Positions 8,781-17,832 of a stretch of DNA of 64,000 nucleotides are shown one piece after another (the stretch's first letter is position 1; every line of letters begins with the position of its first letter). This DNA comes from an uncultured Spirosoma sp. (GTDB lineage Bacteria > Bacteroidota > Bacteroidia > Cytophagales > Spirosomataceae), in NCBI GenBank assembly GCA_964581865.1, contig CAZOQC010000017.1, positions 2,457 to 66,456 of the forward strand, written 5' to 3'. The notes beneath the pieces were generated by a model that was not told the origin of the DNA, ran no database searches, and worked only from the letters and a program-made list of their open reading frames with translations. The position numbers and the translations under genes were made by a program.

Positions 8781-10673
8781 ATGAGCGACGCGATCAAACA
8801 CGAGTGCGGTATTGCCCTCATCCGACTCCGCAAACCGTACCAGTATTATATCGACAAATACGGCACGGCTCTCTACGGGGCTAACAAACTGTACCTGCTG
8901 ATGGAAAAGCAGGTCAACCGGGGGCAGGACGGCGCCGGTATCGCCAACATCAAGATCGACGTACCGGCGGGTAGCCGATACATCAGCCGATACCGTTCCG
9001 TCGATCAGCGACCTGTGACGGATATCTTCGAGAAGGTCAACAAAAAGTTTAGCAAAGCGCTCAAGGGTAATAAAGACAAGGCTAAAGACGCCCACTGGCT
9101 CCAGCAGAACGTAGCGTTTACGGGTGAGGTCTGGATGGGTCACCTGCGCTATGGTACGCACGGCTCCAACGAGATTGAAAACTGCCACCCGATGCTGCGG
9201 CAGAGTAACTGGCGCAGCCGGAACCTGGTCGTAGCAGGTAACTTCAACATGACCAACGTCGATAAACTGTTCGACAAACTGGTGTCGCTGGGGCAGCACC
9301 CCAAAGACAAGGTCGACACTGTGACGGTGATGGAGAAGATCGGCCACTTCCTCGATGAAGAGAATCAGCGCGTATTCGACCGCTTCAAAGGCATCTACGA
9401 AAACCCCGAACTGTCGGACATTATCGAAGACAACATCGATATGCAGCGGGTACTGCACCGCTCGTGCCGCGACTTCGACGGCGGCTACGCGATGGTCGGC
9501 ATGACGGGCTACGGCGCGTCGTTTGTAGCCCGCGACCCGGCCGGTATCCGTCCGGCCTACTACTATGCCGATGATGAGGTCATCGTGGTCGCGTCGGAAA
9601 AACCGGCTATCAAAACGGCGTTCAACGCCGAATACAGCGAAATCAAAGAGGTGCAGCCCGGTCACGCGCTGATTATCGACAAGCACGGCGAATACAACGA
9701 GTTGCAGTTTGTGCAACCGGTAGAAAAGCGTTCGTGCAGTTTCGAGCGCATTTATTTCTCCCGCGCTACCGACCCCGATATCTACAACGAACGTAAGACG
9801 CTCGGTAAACTGCTGATTCCGCAGATTCTCAAGGAAGTCGACTACGACCTTGAAAATACGGTGTTCTCCTACATTCCGAATACGGCCGAAACCGCGTTTT
9901 TTGGAATGGTCGAGGGGCTGGAAGAGTACCTCTATAAGCAGCGGAAGAAAGCGATTATGGACGGTATCCTGTTTGAGGAAGAACTCGACAAGGTGCTGGC
10001 CTTCCGGCCACGAATTGAGAAACTGGTATCGAAAGACGTAAAAATGCGGACGTTTATCGCCGACGATTCGCAGCGCGATGAGATGGTGTCGCACGTTTAC
10101 GACACGACGTTTGAAGTAATCCGCAAGGGTATTGATAACGTGGTCGTGGTCGACGATTCCATCGTGCGGGGCACAACGCTGGAAAAGAGTATTCTCAGAA
10201 TGCTCGACCGGCTGGGCCCCAAGAAAATCATCATCGTATCATCGGCACCGCAGATTCGTTTCCCCGACTGCTACGGTATCGATATGTCGAAGTTCCGGGA
10301 ATTCGTTGGTTTCCGGGCCGCTCTCGAACTGCTGCGTGAACGCGGTATGGAGAATATGCTCGATGAAGTGTACGCACAAAGTGTAGCGGCTATCGAGTCT
10401 GGTAATGCGACGAATCAGAACTATGTAAAAGCACTGTTCGATCCGTTTACGCACGACGAACTATCGAAAAAAGTAGCGCAGATCGTTACGCCCGATGATT
10501 TGAACGCTGAAGTCGCGGTGGTGTATCAAACCGTTGAAAACCTGCATATTGCCTGCCCAAATCACTCAGGCGACTGGTACTTTACGGGCAATTATCCCAC
10601 GCCCGGCGGCAATAATGTCGTCAACAAGGCTTTCGTCAATTTCATGGAAGGCCGACTGGTGCGGGCGTACTAA
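8781..10673 (+). CDS. purF: Amidophosphoribosyltransferase (long class-II glutamine amidotransferase type)
   Basis: The ATG at 8781 gives MSDAIKHECGIALIRL, with an N-terminal nucleophile Cys after a short propeptide. The PRPP-binding loop VVVVDDSIVRGTT is present. The upstream extension from 8715 has no support. Confidence 0.9.
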   Translation: MSDAIKHECGIALIRLRKPYQYYIDKYGTALYGANKLYLLMEKQVNRGQDGAGIANIKIDVPAGSRYISRYRSVDQRPVTDIFEKVNKKFSKALKGNKDKAKDAHWLQQNVAFTGEVWMGHLRYGTHGSNEIENCHPMLRQSNWRSRNLVVAGNFNMTNVDKLFDKLVSLGQHPKDKVDTVTVMEKIGHFLDEENQRVFDRFKGIYENPELSDIIEDNIDMQRVLHRSCRDFDGGYAMVGMTGYGASFVARDPAGIRPAYYYADDEVIVVASEKPAIKTAFNAEYSEIKEVQPGHALIIDKHGEYNELQFVQPVEKRSCSFERIYFSRATDPDIYNERKTLGKLLIPQILKEVDYDLENTVFSYIPNTAETAFFGMVEGLEEYLYKQRKKAIMDGILFEEELDKVLAFRPRIEKLVSKDVKMRTFIADDSQRDEMVSHVYDTTFEVIRKGIDNVVVVDDSIVRGTTLEKSILRMLDRLGPKKIIIVSSAPQIRFPDCYGIDMSKFREFVGFRAALELLRERGMENMLDEVYAQSVAAIESGNATNQNYVKALFDPFTHDELSKKVAQIVTPDDLNAEVAVVYQTVENLHIACPNHSGDWYFTGNYPTPGGNNVVNKAFVNFMEGRLVRAY

Positions 10674-10691
10674 GTCAATCGACGTATAGCC

Positions 10692-10725
10692 AAAAAGAGA
10701 CGCCAAGCCGGCGTCTCTTTTTTTT
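10692..10725 (+). terminator. Rho-independent terminator after purF
   Basis: The stem AGAGACGCC / GGCGTCTCT is followed by a T8 run. Confidence 0.85.
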
Positions 10726-10757
10726 GTATCATTACAGACCGGTAAACGCTGTATACT

Positions 10758-11231
10758 ATGGAAGTCATCGCCGAAAAAACCGCCTACGAAGAAGAACGCG
10801 GGAAGCCTATGCCCAGTAAAGTCCACGCCTACGTACAAGCAAATCTCATTTTTGAATTGAAATTCCACTACAAAGATCGCTTTACATTTCTGTCTGAACT
10901 GAGTATTGACCTGAACGGCTGGCGGAGCGTACCCGATCTGGCGATTTATTCTAAGTTCCCGATTGACGTTCGGCAGGACGAGATTCGCATGACCGAACCG
11001 CCCTTGTGCGCCATCGAAATTATATCGCCCATGCAGTCGCTACAGGAATTAATCGACAAAGCAAGGACTTACTTTGAACATAACGTGCAATCATGCTGGC
11101 TGGTCCTCCCCGGTTTGCGCTCGATCTACGTGTTCCGGTCGTTCGATTCGTTCAGCACGTTTACGCATACCGACACGTTGCTGGACGATGTGCTGTCGGT
11201 TAGTATCCCGCTGGCCGAGGTTTTCGAATAG
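10758..11231 (+). CDS. Uma2-family (DUF820) putative restriction-endonuclease-like protein
   Basis: The 157-aa product has the Uma2 pattern: KPMPSKVHAYVQANL..., PDLAIY, and AIEIISP (the D..E-x-K-like core). Confidence 0.75.
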   Translation: MEVIAEKTAYEEERGKPMPSKVHAYVQANLIFELKFHYKDRFTFLSELSIDLNGWRSVPDLAIYSKFPIDVRQDEIRMTEPPLCAIEIISPMQSLQELIDKARTYFEHNVQSCWLVLPGLRSIYVFRSFDSFSTFTHTDTLLDDVLSVSIPLAEVFE

Positions 11232-11275
11232 GCTTGTAGCAGCCACCGGCACTCAGCAGCCATCTTAAGCTGTCA

Positions 11276-11330
11276 CACAAGAGCGAACTATTTTGCAACA
11301 GTGTTGCAAAATAGTTCGCTCTTGTGTTTT
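11276..11330 (+). terminator. 25-bp perfect palindrome plus T4; terminator-like and contains operator-like core TGCAACAGTGTTGCA
   Basis: The sequence is CACAAGAGCGAACTATTTTGCAACA-G-TGTTGCAAAATAGTTCGCTCTTGTG (11276-11326), followed by TTTT. It lies 45 nt after the Uma2 stop. Confidence 0.6.
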
Positions 11331-11349
11331 CGGGATCTGAGTTTGGTGT

Positions 11350-11371
11350 TATATTTGCAACATTGTTGCAT
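11350..11371 (+). promoter_or_regulatory. Bacteroidota -7 box (TATATTTG) overlapped by palindrome TGCAACATTGTTGCA
   Basis: TATATTTG at 11350-11357 fits TAnnTTTG. The palindrome occupies 11356-11370, 15 nt before the ATG of the COG0523 gene. The same core occurs at 11294-11308. Confidence 0.5.
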
Positions 11372-11384
11372 TTAAGAAAAACTG

Positions 11385-12596
11385 ATGAAACAATTACCTG
11401 TCACGGTGCTGAGTGGTTTTCTGGGTGCGGGTAAGACGACCCTCCTCAACCATGTGCTGCACAATAAGCAAGGGTTAAAAGTAGCGGTGATCGTCAACGA
11501 TATGAGCGAGGTCAACGTTGACGCGCAGTTGGTGAAAGATCAGAACACGCTGTCGCGCACGGAGGAAAAGCTGGTCGAGATGAGCAACGGCTGTATCTGC
11601 TGCACGCTGCGCGAAGACCTGATGCTGGAAGTAGAGAAACTGGCCCGCGAAAACCGCTTCGACTACCTGCTGATCGAGTCATCGGGTATTTCGGAGCCGC
11701 TGCCCGTGGCGCAGACATTCAGCTTTGTAGACGAAGCCAACGGTGTCGACCTGTCGCGGTTTTCGCGGCTCGATACGCTGGTTACGGTTGTTGATGCCTT
11801 TAACTTCTTCCGCGATTTCAGTTCCATCGACAACGTGCATCAGCGCGAACTCAATCATGATCCAGCCGATACCCGCACGATTGTCAACCTGCTGACCGAT
11901 CAGATCGAATTTGCCAACGTGCTGATTCTGAACAAGACCGACCTAATGAGCCGCGAACAGGTGGGTGAGTTAAAAGCGATTCTGCATAAACTAAATCCCA
12001 AGGCCCGGCTAATTGAATCTGAATTCTCGAAAGTCGATCCGGCGCAGATTCTCAACACGCACCTGTTTGATTTTGCCGAAGCGTCGCAGTCGGCGGGCTG
12101 GATTCAGGAGTTGCAGAATCACCAGAATGGCATCGGCCACACGCCGGAAACGGAGGAATACGGCCTGTCGTCGTTTGTGTTTCGCGACCGCCGACCGTTC
12201 CATCCGGTCCGGTTCTGGCGATACCTGAGCGAGAACTTTCCGGCGGGTATCATTCGCAGTAAAGGGCTGTTCTGGCTGGCGTCACGACCCAATGACGCGC
12301 TGAATTTCAGTCAGGCCGGAGGAAGCCTGCGGGCGGAATCGGCGGGGGTATGGTGGGCATCGATGCCATTTAGTCAACGGGTGCAATACGGTGCGTTTCT
12401 GGAAAACCGGCCCGCGATTGAAGCCCGCTGGCACAAACGGTTCGGCGACCGGCAGAACGAACTGGTCATCATCGGGCAGGACTTGAATCAGCAACAGATC
12501 ACGGCCGAATTGCAGGACTGCCTGTGTACGGAGCTGGAGATCAGCCATATGGAAAACAACGGAGCATTCAAAGACCCGTTCCCAGTCTGGAATTGA
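11385..12596 (+). CDS. COG0523-family (CobW/YeiR/ZigA-like) metal-chaperone GTPase
   Basis: Motifs seen: the P-loop GFLGAGKTTLLN, the metal-binding GCICCTLRED (CxCC), ESSGISEP, NKTD, and a C-terminal CobW_C-like region. Confidence 0.9.
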   Translation: MKQLPVTVLSGFLGAGKTTLLNHVLHNKQGLKVAVIVNDMSEVNVDAQLVKDQNTLSRTEEKLVEMSNGCICCTLREDLMLEVEKLARENRFDYLLIESSGISEPLPVAQTFSFVDEANGVDLSRFSRLDTLVTVVDAFNFFRDFSSIDNVHQRELNHDPADTRTIVNLLTDQIEFANVLILNKTDLMSREQVGELKAILHKLNPKARLIESEFSKVDPAQILNTHLFDFAEASQSAGWIQELQNHQNGIGHTPETEEYGLSSFVFRDRRPFHPVRFWRYLSENFPAGIIRSKGLFWLASRPNDALNFSQAGGSLRAESAGVWWASMPFSQRVQYGAFLENRPAIEARWHKRFGDRQNELVIIGQDLNQQQITAELQDCLCTELEISHMENNGAFKDPFPVWN

Positions 12597-12604
12597 GTAA
12601 CGTA

Positions 12605-12750
12605 CAAACCCCACGGCAGCGGCCGACCCTAAGGCAGCGGCCGCCCGGTCCAACCCCATCCTGTAAGGGAGGGGCTTTAGCCTCTGAACCGGGGGTGCCC
12701 CTCCCTAACGGGGAGGAGTTGGGGTGGGGTCAGCAGCGGCCGTGGGGTTC
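12605..12750. repeat. Composite nested palindromic G/C-tract element (related to the element at 1714)
   Basis: The inner stem is AGGGAGGGGC (12667-12676) / GCCCCTCCCT (12697-12706), followed by GGGGAGGAGTTGGGGTGGGG. The outer arms are AACCCCACGGC (about 12607) and GCCGTGGGGTT (about 12739). The element fills the whole gap between two + strand genes. Confidence 0.6.
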
Positions 12751-12772
12751 ACCAATAATCAACAACAACACT

Positions 12773-13696
12773 ATGAATTACGACGTGATTATAATCGGCG
12801 GTAGTTATGCCGGGCTGAGTGCCGCGCTGGTGCTGGGGCGGTCGCTGCGCCGGGTACTGGTTATCGACGCGGGCAAGCCATGCAACCGACAAACACCGCA
12901 CTCCCACGGCTTCCTGACCCGCGATGGCGAAACGCCTGCCCAACTGGCCGCTATCGCCCGCGAACAGGTGAGTCTCTACCCAACCGTGTCGTTTAAATCG
13001 GGAACGGCTACAAGTGCCCATCCGATAGACGACGGTTTTCAGGTTCGTACTGACGATGGCGAATCGTACGAGGGGCGCAAGCTGATGCTGGCTACCGGCC
13101 TGCTCGATGTGATGCCCGACATTCCCGGATTTGCCGACTGCTGGGGCCGGTCGGTGCTGCATTGCCCGTACTGCCACGGCTACGAAGTACACAGTCAGCC
13201 GCTGGGTGTGCTGGCCAATGGCGAGGTCGGGTACGAGATGGCGACGCTGATTCAGCAGTGGAGTCGGCAGCTTACGTTATTCACCAACGGCCCGTCGACG
13301 CTGACCGATGAACAGCAACGCGTACTGGCGCAGCTGGATATTCCGATCGTTGAAACGCCCCTTGCCGCTATCGAACATACCGACGGGTTCCTGACGGCAC
13401 TGCAACTGGCCGATGGGAGCCGGGCCACGCCCACAGCCCTATTCGCCCGCGTGCCGCTTCAGCAAACGTCCGACATCGCGCAGCAACTGGGCTGCGAGCT
13501 GACCGATCAGACCTTCGTGAAGGTGACAGGAACCGGCGAAACGACAGTGCCGGATGTGTTTGCCGTGGGCGACGCCACAACGATGATGCGGCAGGTAGCT
13601 GTTGCCGCTGCCAGTGGCGTCAAAACGGGTGCCTGGATCAACAGAGTGCTCATTACCGATGATGTAACCCAGACGTCCACGTCTGGAGGCCGATAG
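12773..13696 (+). CDS. NAD(P)/FAD-dependent oxidoreductase (thioredoxin-reductase-like fold)
   Basis: The ATG at 12773 gives MNYDVIIIGGSYAGLSAALVLGR (GxGxxG). A C-terminal FAVGD motif is present. The longer ORF-track start at 12524 reads through the palindromic repeat and overlaps the previous gene. Confidence 0.8.
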   Translation: MNYDVIIIGGSYAGLSAALVLGRSLRRVLVIDAGKPCNRQTPHSHGFLTRDGETPAQLAAIAREQVSLYPTVSFKSGTATSAHPIDDGFQVRTDDGESYEGRKLMLATGLLDVMPDIPGFADCWGRSVLHCPYCHGYEVHSQPLGVLANGEVGYEMATLIQQWSRQLTLFTNGPSTLTDEQQRVLAQLDIPIVETPLAAIEHTDGFLTALQLADGSRATPTALFARVPLQQTSDIAQQLGCELTDQTFVKVTGTGETTVPDVFAVGDATTMMRQVAVAAASGVKTGAWINRVLITDDVTQTSTSGGR

Positions 13697-13796
13697 GCCA
13701 ACTTCGTACGGTGGCAGCGTCGTTGGTCGCAACCGCGCCATCCAGACGTGGACCCGCGCCAGCGGTCACCGTGGCGCGGACCGGTCCAGGCTACAC
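13663..13796. repeat. REP/MITE-like element, family A, copy with nested hairpin insertion
   Basis: The left arm is TGTAACCCAGACGTCCACGTCTGGAGGCC. The right arm, TCCAGACGTGGAC...GTCCAGGCTACAC, is interrupted by CCGCGCCAGCGGTCACCGTGGCGCGG. The left arm overlaps the last 11 codons and the stop of the oxidoreductase. Confidence 0.7.
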
Positions 13797-13815
13797 TCAC
13801 TCAAAACACGACCTG

Positions 13816-16275
13816 ATGAAACACCTATTTACCATTCTCTTGCTTTTTCTTACAGTCAGCCTGCGGGCGCAGACGATCTCCGGAACGGTTACCGACGCCG
13901 TGACGGGCAGTTCGATTCCCGGTGCATCGGTACAATTGACGGGCGACAAAACCGGTACGTCGACCGACTCGACCGGGCAGTTTTCGCTGGTTGGTAAAGG
14001 CACGATCCGGGTGTCGGCGGTGGGGTATCGGCCGCTGACGATGGTGGGTCGGACGGTACCGTTTACCATTGAGCTGATCCCGACGACTAACGAACTGCAA
14101 ACGGTGGAAGTTGTGGGTCGGGCGACGCGCGAATACAATAGCGAGTATTCGTTCTCGGCTACAAAGATTGCCGCGCTCAACAAAGACGTGCCGCAATCTA
14201 TCGGGACGGTGACGAAGGAATTGATGGCCGACCGGCAGGCGTTTCAACTGGCCGACGCGGTGAAAGTAATCAGCGGAGTCGTGCCGTCGAGTTTCTATAA
14301 TCAGTACGCCATTCGGGGTATCAGCCAGAACGAAGAGGGTCAGATTATCAACGGGATGCGGACCCGGCAGTATTATTTCCTGCAACCGCTGACAACCAAT
14401 ATCGAACGGGTCGAAGTCATAAAAGGGCCCGCTACGGCCGCGTTCTCGTCGGTCGATCCGGGTGGCAGTATCAACCTCGTTACGAAAAAACCACTGGCGA
14501 CGACCCGGCGCGAGGTGGGGCTAAGCGTGGGCAGTTTCAGTACGTTGCGCGGCACGATGGACTTCACGGGGCCGCTCAACGCCAGCAAGACGCTGCTGTA
14601 CCGGGTCAACGGGGCGTATCAGGAAGCCCGCAGCTACCGCGATCTGGTGCGCAACAACCAGCTGCTGTTTTCGCCCTCGTTCTCCTACATTCCCAGCGAC
14701 CGCACGGCCATCAACGCCGAACTGATCGTGAGCCGCATGGACGGCAATCTGGACCGGGGACAACCCATTTTCGGAGCCGTCGCGGGGCAGACGAATCTCA
14801 ACAGCACGCCCATCAGCCTGAACCTGGGTGCCGCCAGTGATTACTTCCGGTCGAATCAACTGCTGCTGACGGGGACACTGGCGCACCGCTTCACCGACCA
14901 CATCAGCCTGAACGGATCGTACATGAAGCAGACGTGGCAGGAAGATTTGCAGGAGCACCGCACCACCAATGCTTTCGGCGTCGATCTGGCCGGGCAACCC
15001 GTCACGTCGCTGGCGGCCATGCAGTTTGTGCAGCGTCGGCAGTTCTGGAACATCGATAACGTCATGGCGTACCTGAACATCACCGGGCAAACGGGGCCGT
15101 TGGGCCATAATCTGGTGGTGGGCTACGACCTGCACCGCTGGCAGAAACTGAAAGGGGGCGGGCAGAACGCGGCTCGCGGCTATCTCCTCAAAGACGGGTC
15201 GGTGGCTACCAGTTTCGTGGTGGCTAATGCGGCCAATTACCAGACGCAGACGGTGGCTGGCCTGTTACCGGGGGGCGTGGTGATGCCCCGACCCAACGTC
15301 CCGCATTTCGACCTGACCAACCCGACCTATACCCTTCGCAGTGCCGACGATTACACGGTCAACGTGCGTACGGCCCTGCAACCCGCCCTGACCACGACCA
15401 ACGCCATTTATGTGCAGGAGCAACTGAAACTAAGCCGGCTGACGCTATTGCTGGGGCTGCGCAACGAGTGGTTTGAAGACATCACCAATTACGACGCGCC
15501 CGGCCCGATTAACGTGACGAAAATGGCCCTGCTGCCCCGGCTCGGCCTGACGTATGCCGTCAATTCAGCCGTCAATGTCTATGCGACATATCTGAAGGGA
15601 TATCAGCCACAGTCGAATACCATCACGCTGATACCGGTACCGGCCCCGGCTGGCAGCACGTTTGACCCACTGGAGAGCGATCTCAAGGAAGTGGGCGTAA
15701 AAGCGGACCTGCCGGGTAATCGATTGCATCTTACGTCGGCCGTGTACGAGATCAATCAGCGCAACCTGCTGATGAATGCCAATGACCCGGCCAATCCTGA
15801 CCTGCTCGTAACGCGTGGGGCCGAACGCAGCCGGGGTTTTGAGCTGGACCTGGCCGGGTACCTGCTGCCCAACTGGCAGATCAACGCGTCGTACAGCTAC
15901 ATCGACGCCATCATCGTCAACGACCGCGAAGCCAGCCTGATCGGGGCGCGGAAGCAGAATACCCCCGTGCATAGCGGTACCCTCTGGACGCGTTATAACT
16001 TCGCGCCCAACACCGCGCTGGCTGATCTGGGCATCGGCCTGGGGGCGCAGTACAGTGGCAGCAAGATTCCGTGGTTTACGCGGGCGTTCGAGGTGCCGGC
16101 TTATACGCTGTTCGACCTGGCCGTGTACTACAACCCATCGCGCAGCAACGTGCAACTGGCCCTGAATATGAACAACGTGCTGAATACGACCTACTGGATT
16201 GGCGCGCAAAACTACCTGCGGCTGTTTCCCGGTGCCCCGCGCAACACCAACCTGACACTCACGTACCGGTTCTGA
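13816..16275 (+). CDS. TonB-dependent siderophore receptor
   Basis: The ATG at 13816 gives MKHLFTILLLFLTVSLRAQ. Next come a CarboxypepD_reg-like segment (ISGTVTDAVTGSSIPGASVQL), plug motifs (VEVIKGPATAAFS) and a long beta-barrel. The protein ends ...NLTLTYRF, with a terminal aromatic residue. Confidence 0.9.
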   Translation: MKHLFTILLLFLTVSLRAQTISGTVTDAVTGSSIPGASVQLTGDKTGTSTDSTGQFSLVGKGTIRVSAVGYRPLTMVGRTVPFTIELIPTTNELQTVEVVGRATREYNSEYSFSATKIAALNKDVPQSIGTVTKELMADRQAFQLADAVKVISGVVPSSFYNQYAIRGISQNEEGQIINGMRTRQYYFLQPLTTNIERVEVIKGPATAAFSSVDPGGSINLVTKKPLATTRREVGLSVGSFSTLRGTMDFTGPLNASKTLLYRVNGAYQEARSYRDLVRNNQLLFSPSFSYIPSDRTAINAELIVSRMDGNLDRGQPIFGAVAGQTNLNSTPISLNLGAASDYFRSNQLLLTGTLAHRFTDHISLNGSYMKQTWQEDLQEHRTTNAFGVDLAGQPVTSLAAMQFVQRRQFWNIDNVMAYLNITGQTGPLGHNLVVGYDLHRWQKLKGGGQNAARGYLLKDGSVATSFVVANAANYQTQTVAGLLPGGVVMPRPNVPHFDLTNPTYTLRSADDYTVNVRTALQPALTTTNAIYVQEQLKLSRLTLLLGLRNEWFEDITNYDAPGPINVTKMALLPRLGLTYAVNSAVNVYATYLKGYQPQSNTITLIPVPAPAGSTFDPLESDLKEVGVKADLPGNRLHLTSAVYEINQRNLLMNANDPANPDLLVTRGAERSRGFELDLAGYLLPNWQINASYSYIDAIIVNDREASLIGARKQNTPVHSGTLWTRYNFAPNTALADLGIGLGAQYSGSKIPWFTRAFEVPAYTLFDLAVYYNPSRSNVQLALNMNNVLNTTYWIGAQNYLRLFPGAPRNTNLTLTYRF

Positions 16276-16367
16276 TGAATGTATGCAGTAATGTCAGGAC
16301 CTGACCTGACACTATTGCAAAACAGGACGAATCTTGTGTCATCCCGACGATAGAAAACATACAATCT

Positions 16368-17819
16368 ATGCCCATATCAACCCCCGAACGATTACTGGCC
16401 CGACATGTCCGGCAAACGGCGTTTTCGAGCCGGGTTGTCTGGCTTCCGACGCTGGTTATTGCCGGGCTGCTGATTTACGCGGCCGTGCTGGGCTGGCTCA
16501 GCTTTCGGGCGCAGACGGCGCAGCGAACGCATTATCAGGCAGAAGCCCGGCACGACTGGCTGAGCAACCCCGACAAGCATCCGCACCGGATGGCGCACTT
16601 CGGCAACTTCGCGTTCCGGCCTAAAACGCCCTTGAGCCTGTTCGATTTTGGTATGGAAAGCTACCTAGGCAACCTGATTTTTCTGGAAGCGCACAAGCAG
16701 AACCCGGTCAACTTCTCGGAAGCTGGCTTTTCGACGGGGCTGCTTCGCTTTGGTGAAATCAGTCTGGCGATGGTGCTGCAACTGCTGTTGCCGCTGTTGA
16801 TTTTCTTTCTGGGCTACGGGGTTATTGCCGCCGAACGGGATTCGGGTACACTGCGGTTGATACTCAGTCAAGGTATCAGCCCCCGGCAATTGCTGATGGG
16901 TAAAATGCTGGGTCTGGTCGGCGTCGTGATGCGGTTATATATCCCCGTCGTGCTGCTGACGGTGGTGGGCTGGCTGGTTTTGCAAAACGGGCGGGTTAAT
17001 GCCGATGAAACCAGCCGGTTAGTGCTGCTATTGCTGGCCTACGCGGTGTATCTGATTGTCTGCTGCGGTGTGGCCGTGCTGGTATCAGCGCGGAGCGGTT
17101 CGGCCCGGACGGCACTGGTAACGCTTATGGGTGTCTGGCTGATGCTGACGATTGTGCTGCCCCGCGCGGCTCAGGCGGTGGGTGCGTACCTCTACGAGAT
17201 TCCGTCGAAAGCACAGTTCTTCGCCCGGATTCAGGACGACGTGTTGAAAGAAGGTGACAGCCATAACCCCGCCGATCCGCACTACGCCAAGCTGAAAGAC
17301 TCTCTGCTGACGGCGTATAACGTCGACTCGGTACAGCAACTGCCCGTCAACTACAGCGGGGTGGTGATGGCCGAGGGCGAGAAAATCAGCGCGCACATTT
17401 ACACTGATCATTTTGGCCAGTTGCAGCAGGTGTATCACCAGCAGAACCGGCTGTCGGAACTCATTGCTTTCATTGATCCATTCCTGGCGATCCGGCACCT
17501 ATCGATGGCCCTGTCTGGCACCGACTACGCGACCTACGCCGATTTTCAACAGCAGGCCGAACGCTACCGCTACGACATGGCGCAACACCTCAATGCCTTG
17601 CAGATAACGTACATCCCGAACAGAAAAGCTGCTCCCGGTGCGAAGCCCCCTGCCATCAGCCGGGCGAACTGGGAATCCATGCCCGACTTCACGTACCAGC
17701 CCGTATCGGTCGGCGCAACGCTGAGGCAGTCGTGGCGGTCGCTGCTGGCACTGGCTGTCTGGCTGGCCGGATTAGGGTTTGCCTTCCGCTGGGTAGCCAG
17801 AACATTAACTGTCGCGTGA
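16368..17819 (+). CDS. DUF3526/ABC-2-type membrane permease (1 of 2)
   Basis: The product is a multi-TM protein with the ABC-2-like AAERDSGTLRLILSQ block and a large extracytoplasmic insert. It is a paralogue of 18590..19942. Confidence 0.7.
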   Translation: MPISTPERLLARHVRQTAFSSRVVWLPTLVIAGLLIYAAVLGWLSFRAQTAQRTHYQAEARHDWLSNPDKHPHRMAHFGNFAFRPKTPLSLFDFGMESYLGNLIFLEAHKQNPVNFSEAGFSTGLLRFGEISLAMVLQLLLPLLIFFLGYGVIAAERDSGTLRLILSQGISPRQLLMGKMLGLVGVVMRLYIPVVLLTVVGWLVLQNGRVNADETSRLVLLLLAYAVYLIVCCGVAVLVSARSGSARTALVTLMGVWLMLTIVLPRAAQAVGAYLYEIPSKAQFFARIQDDVLKEGDSHNPADPHYAKLKDSLLTAYNVDSVQQLPVNYSGVVMAEGEKISAHIYTDHFGQLQQVYHQQNRLSELIAFIDPFLAIRHLSMALSGTDYATYADFQQQAERYRYDMAQHLNALQITYIPNRKAAPGAKPPAISRANWESMPDFTYQPVSVGATLRQSWRSLLALAVWLAGLGFAFRWVARTLTVA

Positions 17820-17832
17820 TGCTCGTCTGTTT

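Noticed and set aside
8679-10094. 471-aa minus-strand ORF opposite purF
   Set aside because: It is antisense to a gene with unmistakable purF motifs. Its composition is typical of a shadow frame (R/V/F/H-rich), and it has no start context or signal.
16293-16305. 13-nt palindrome GTCAGGACCTGAC after the TonB receptor gene
   Set aside because: It is short and has no U-run. I noticed no second copy, so there is not enough evidence to call it a terminator or an operator.
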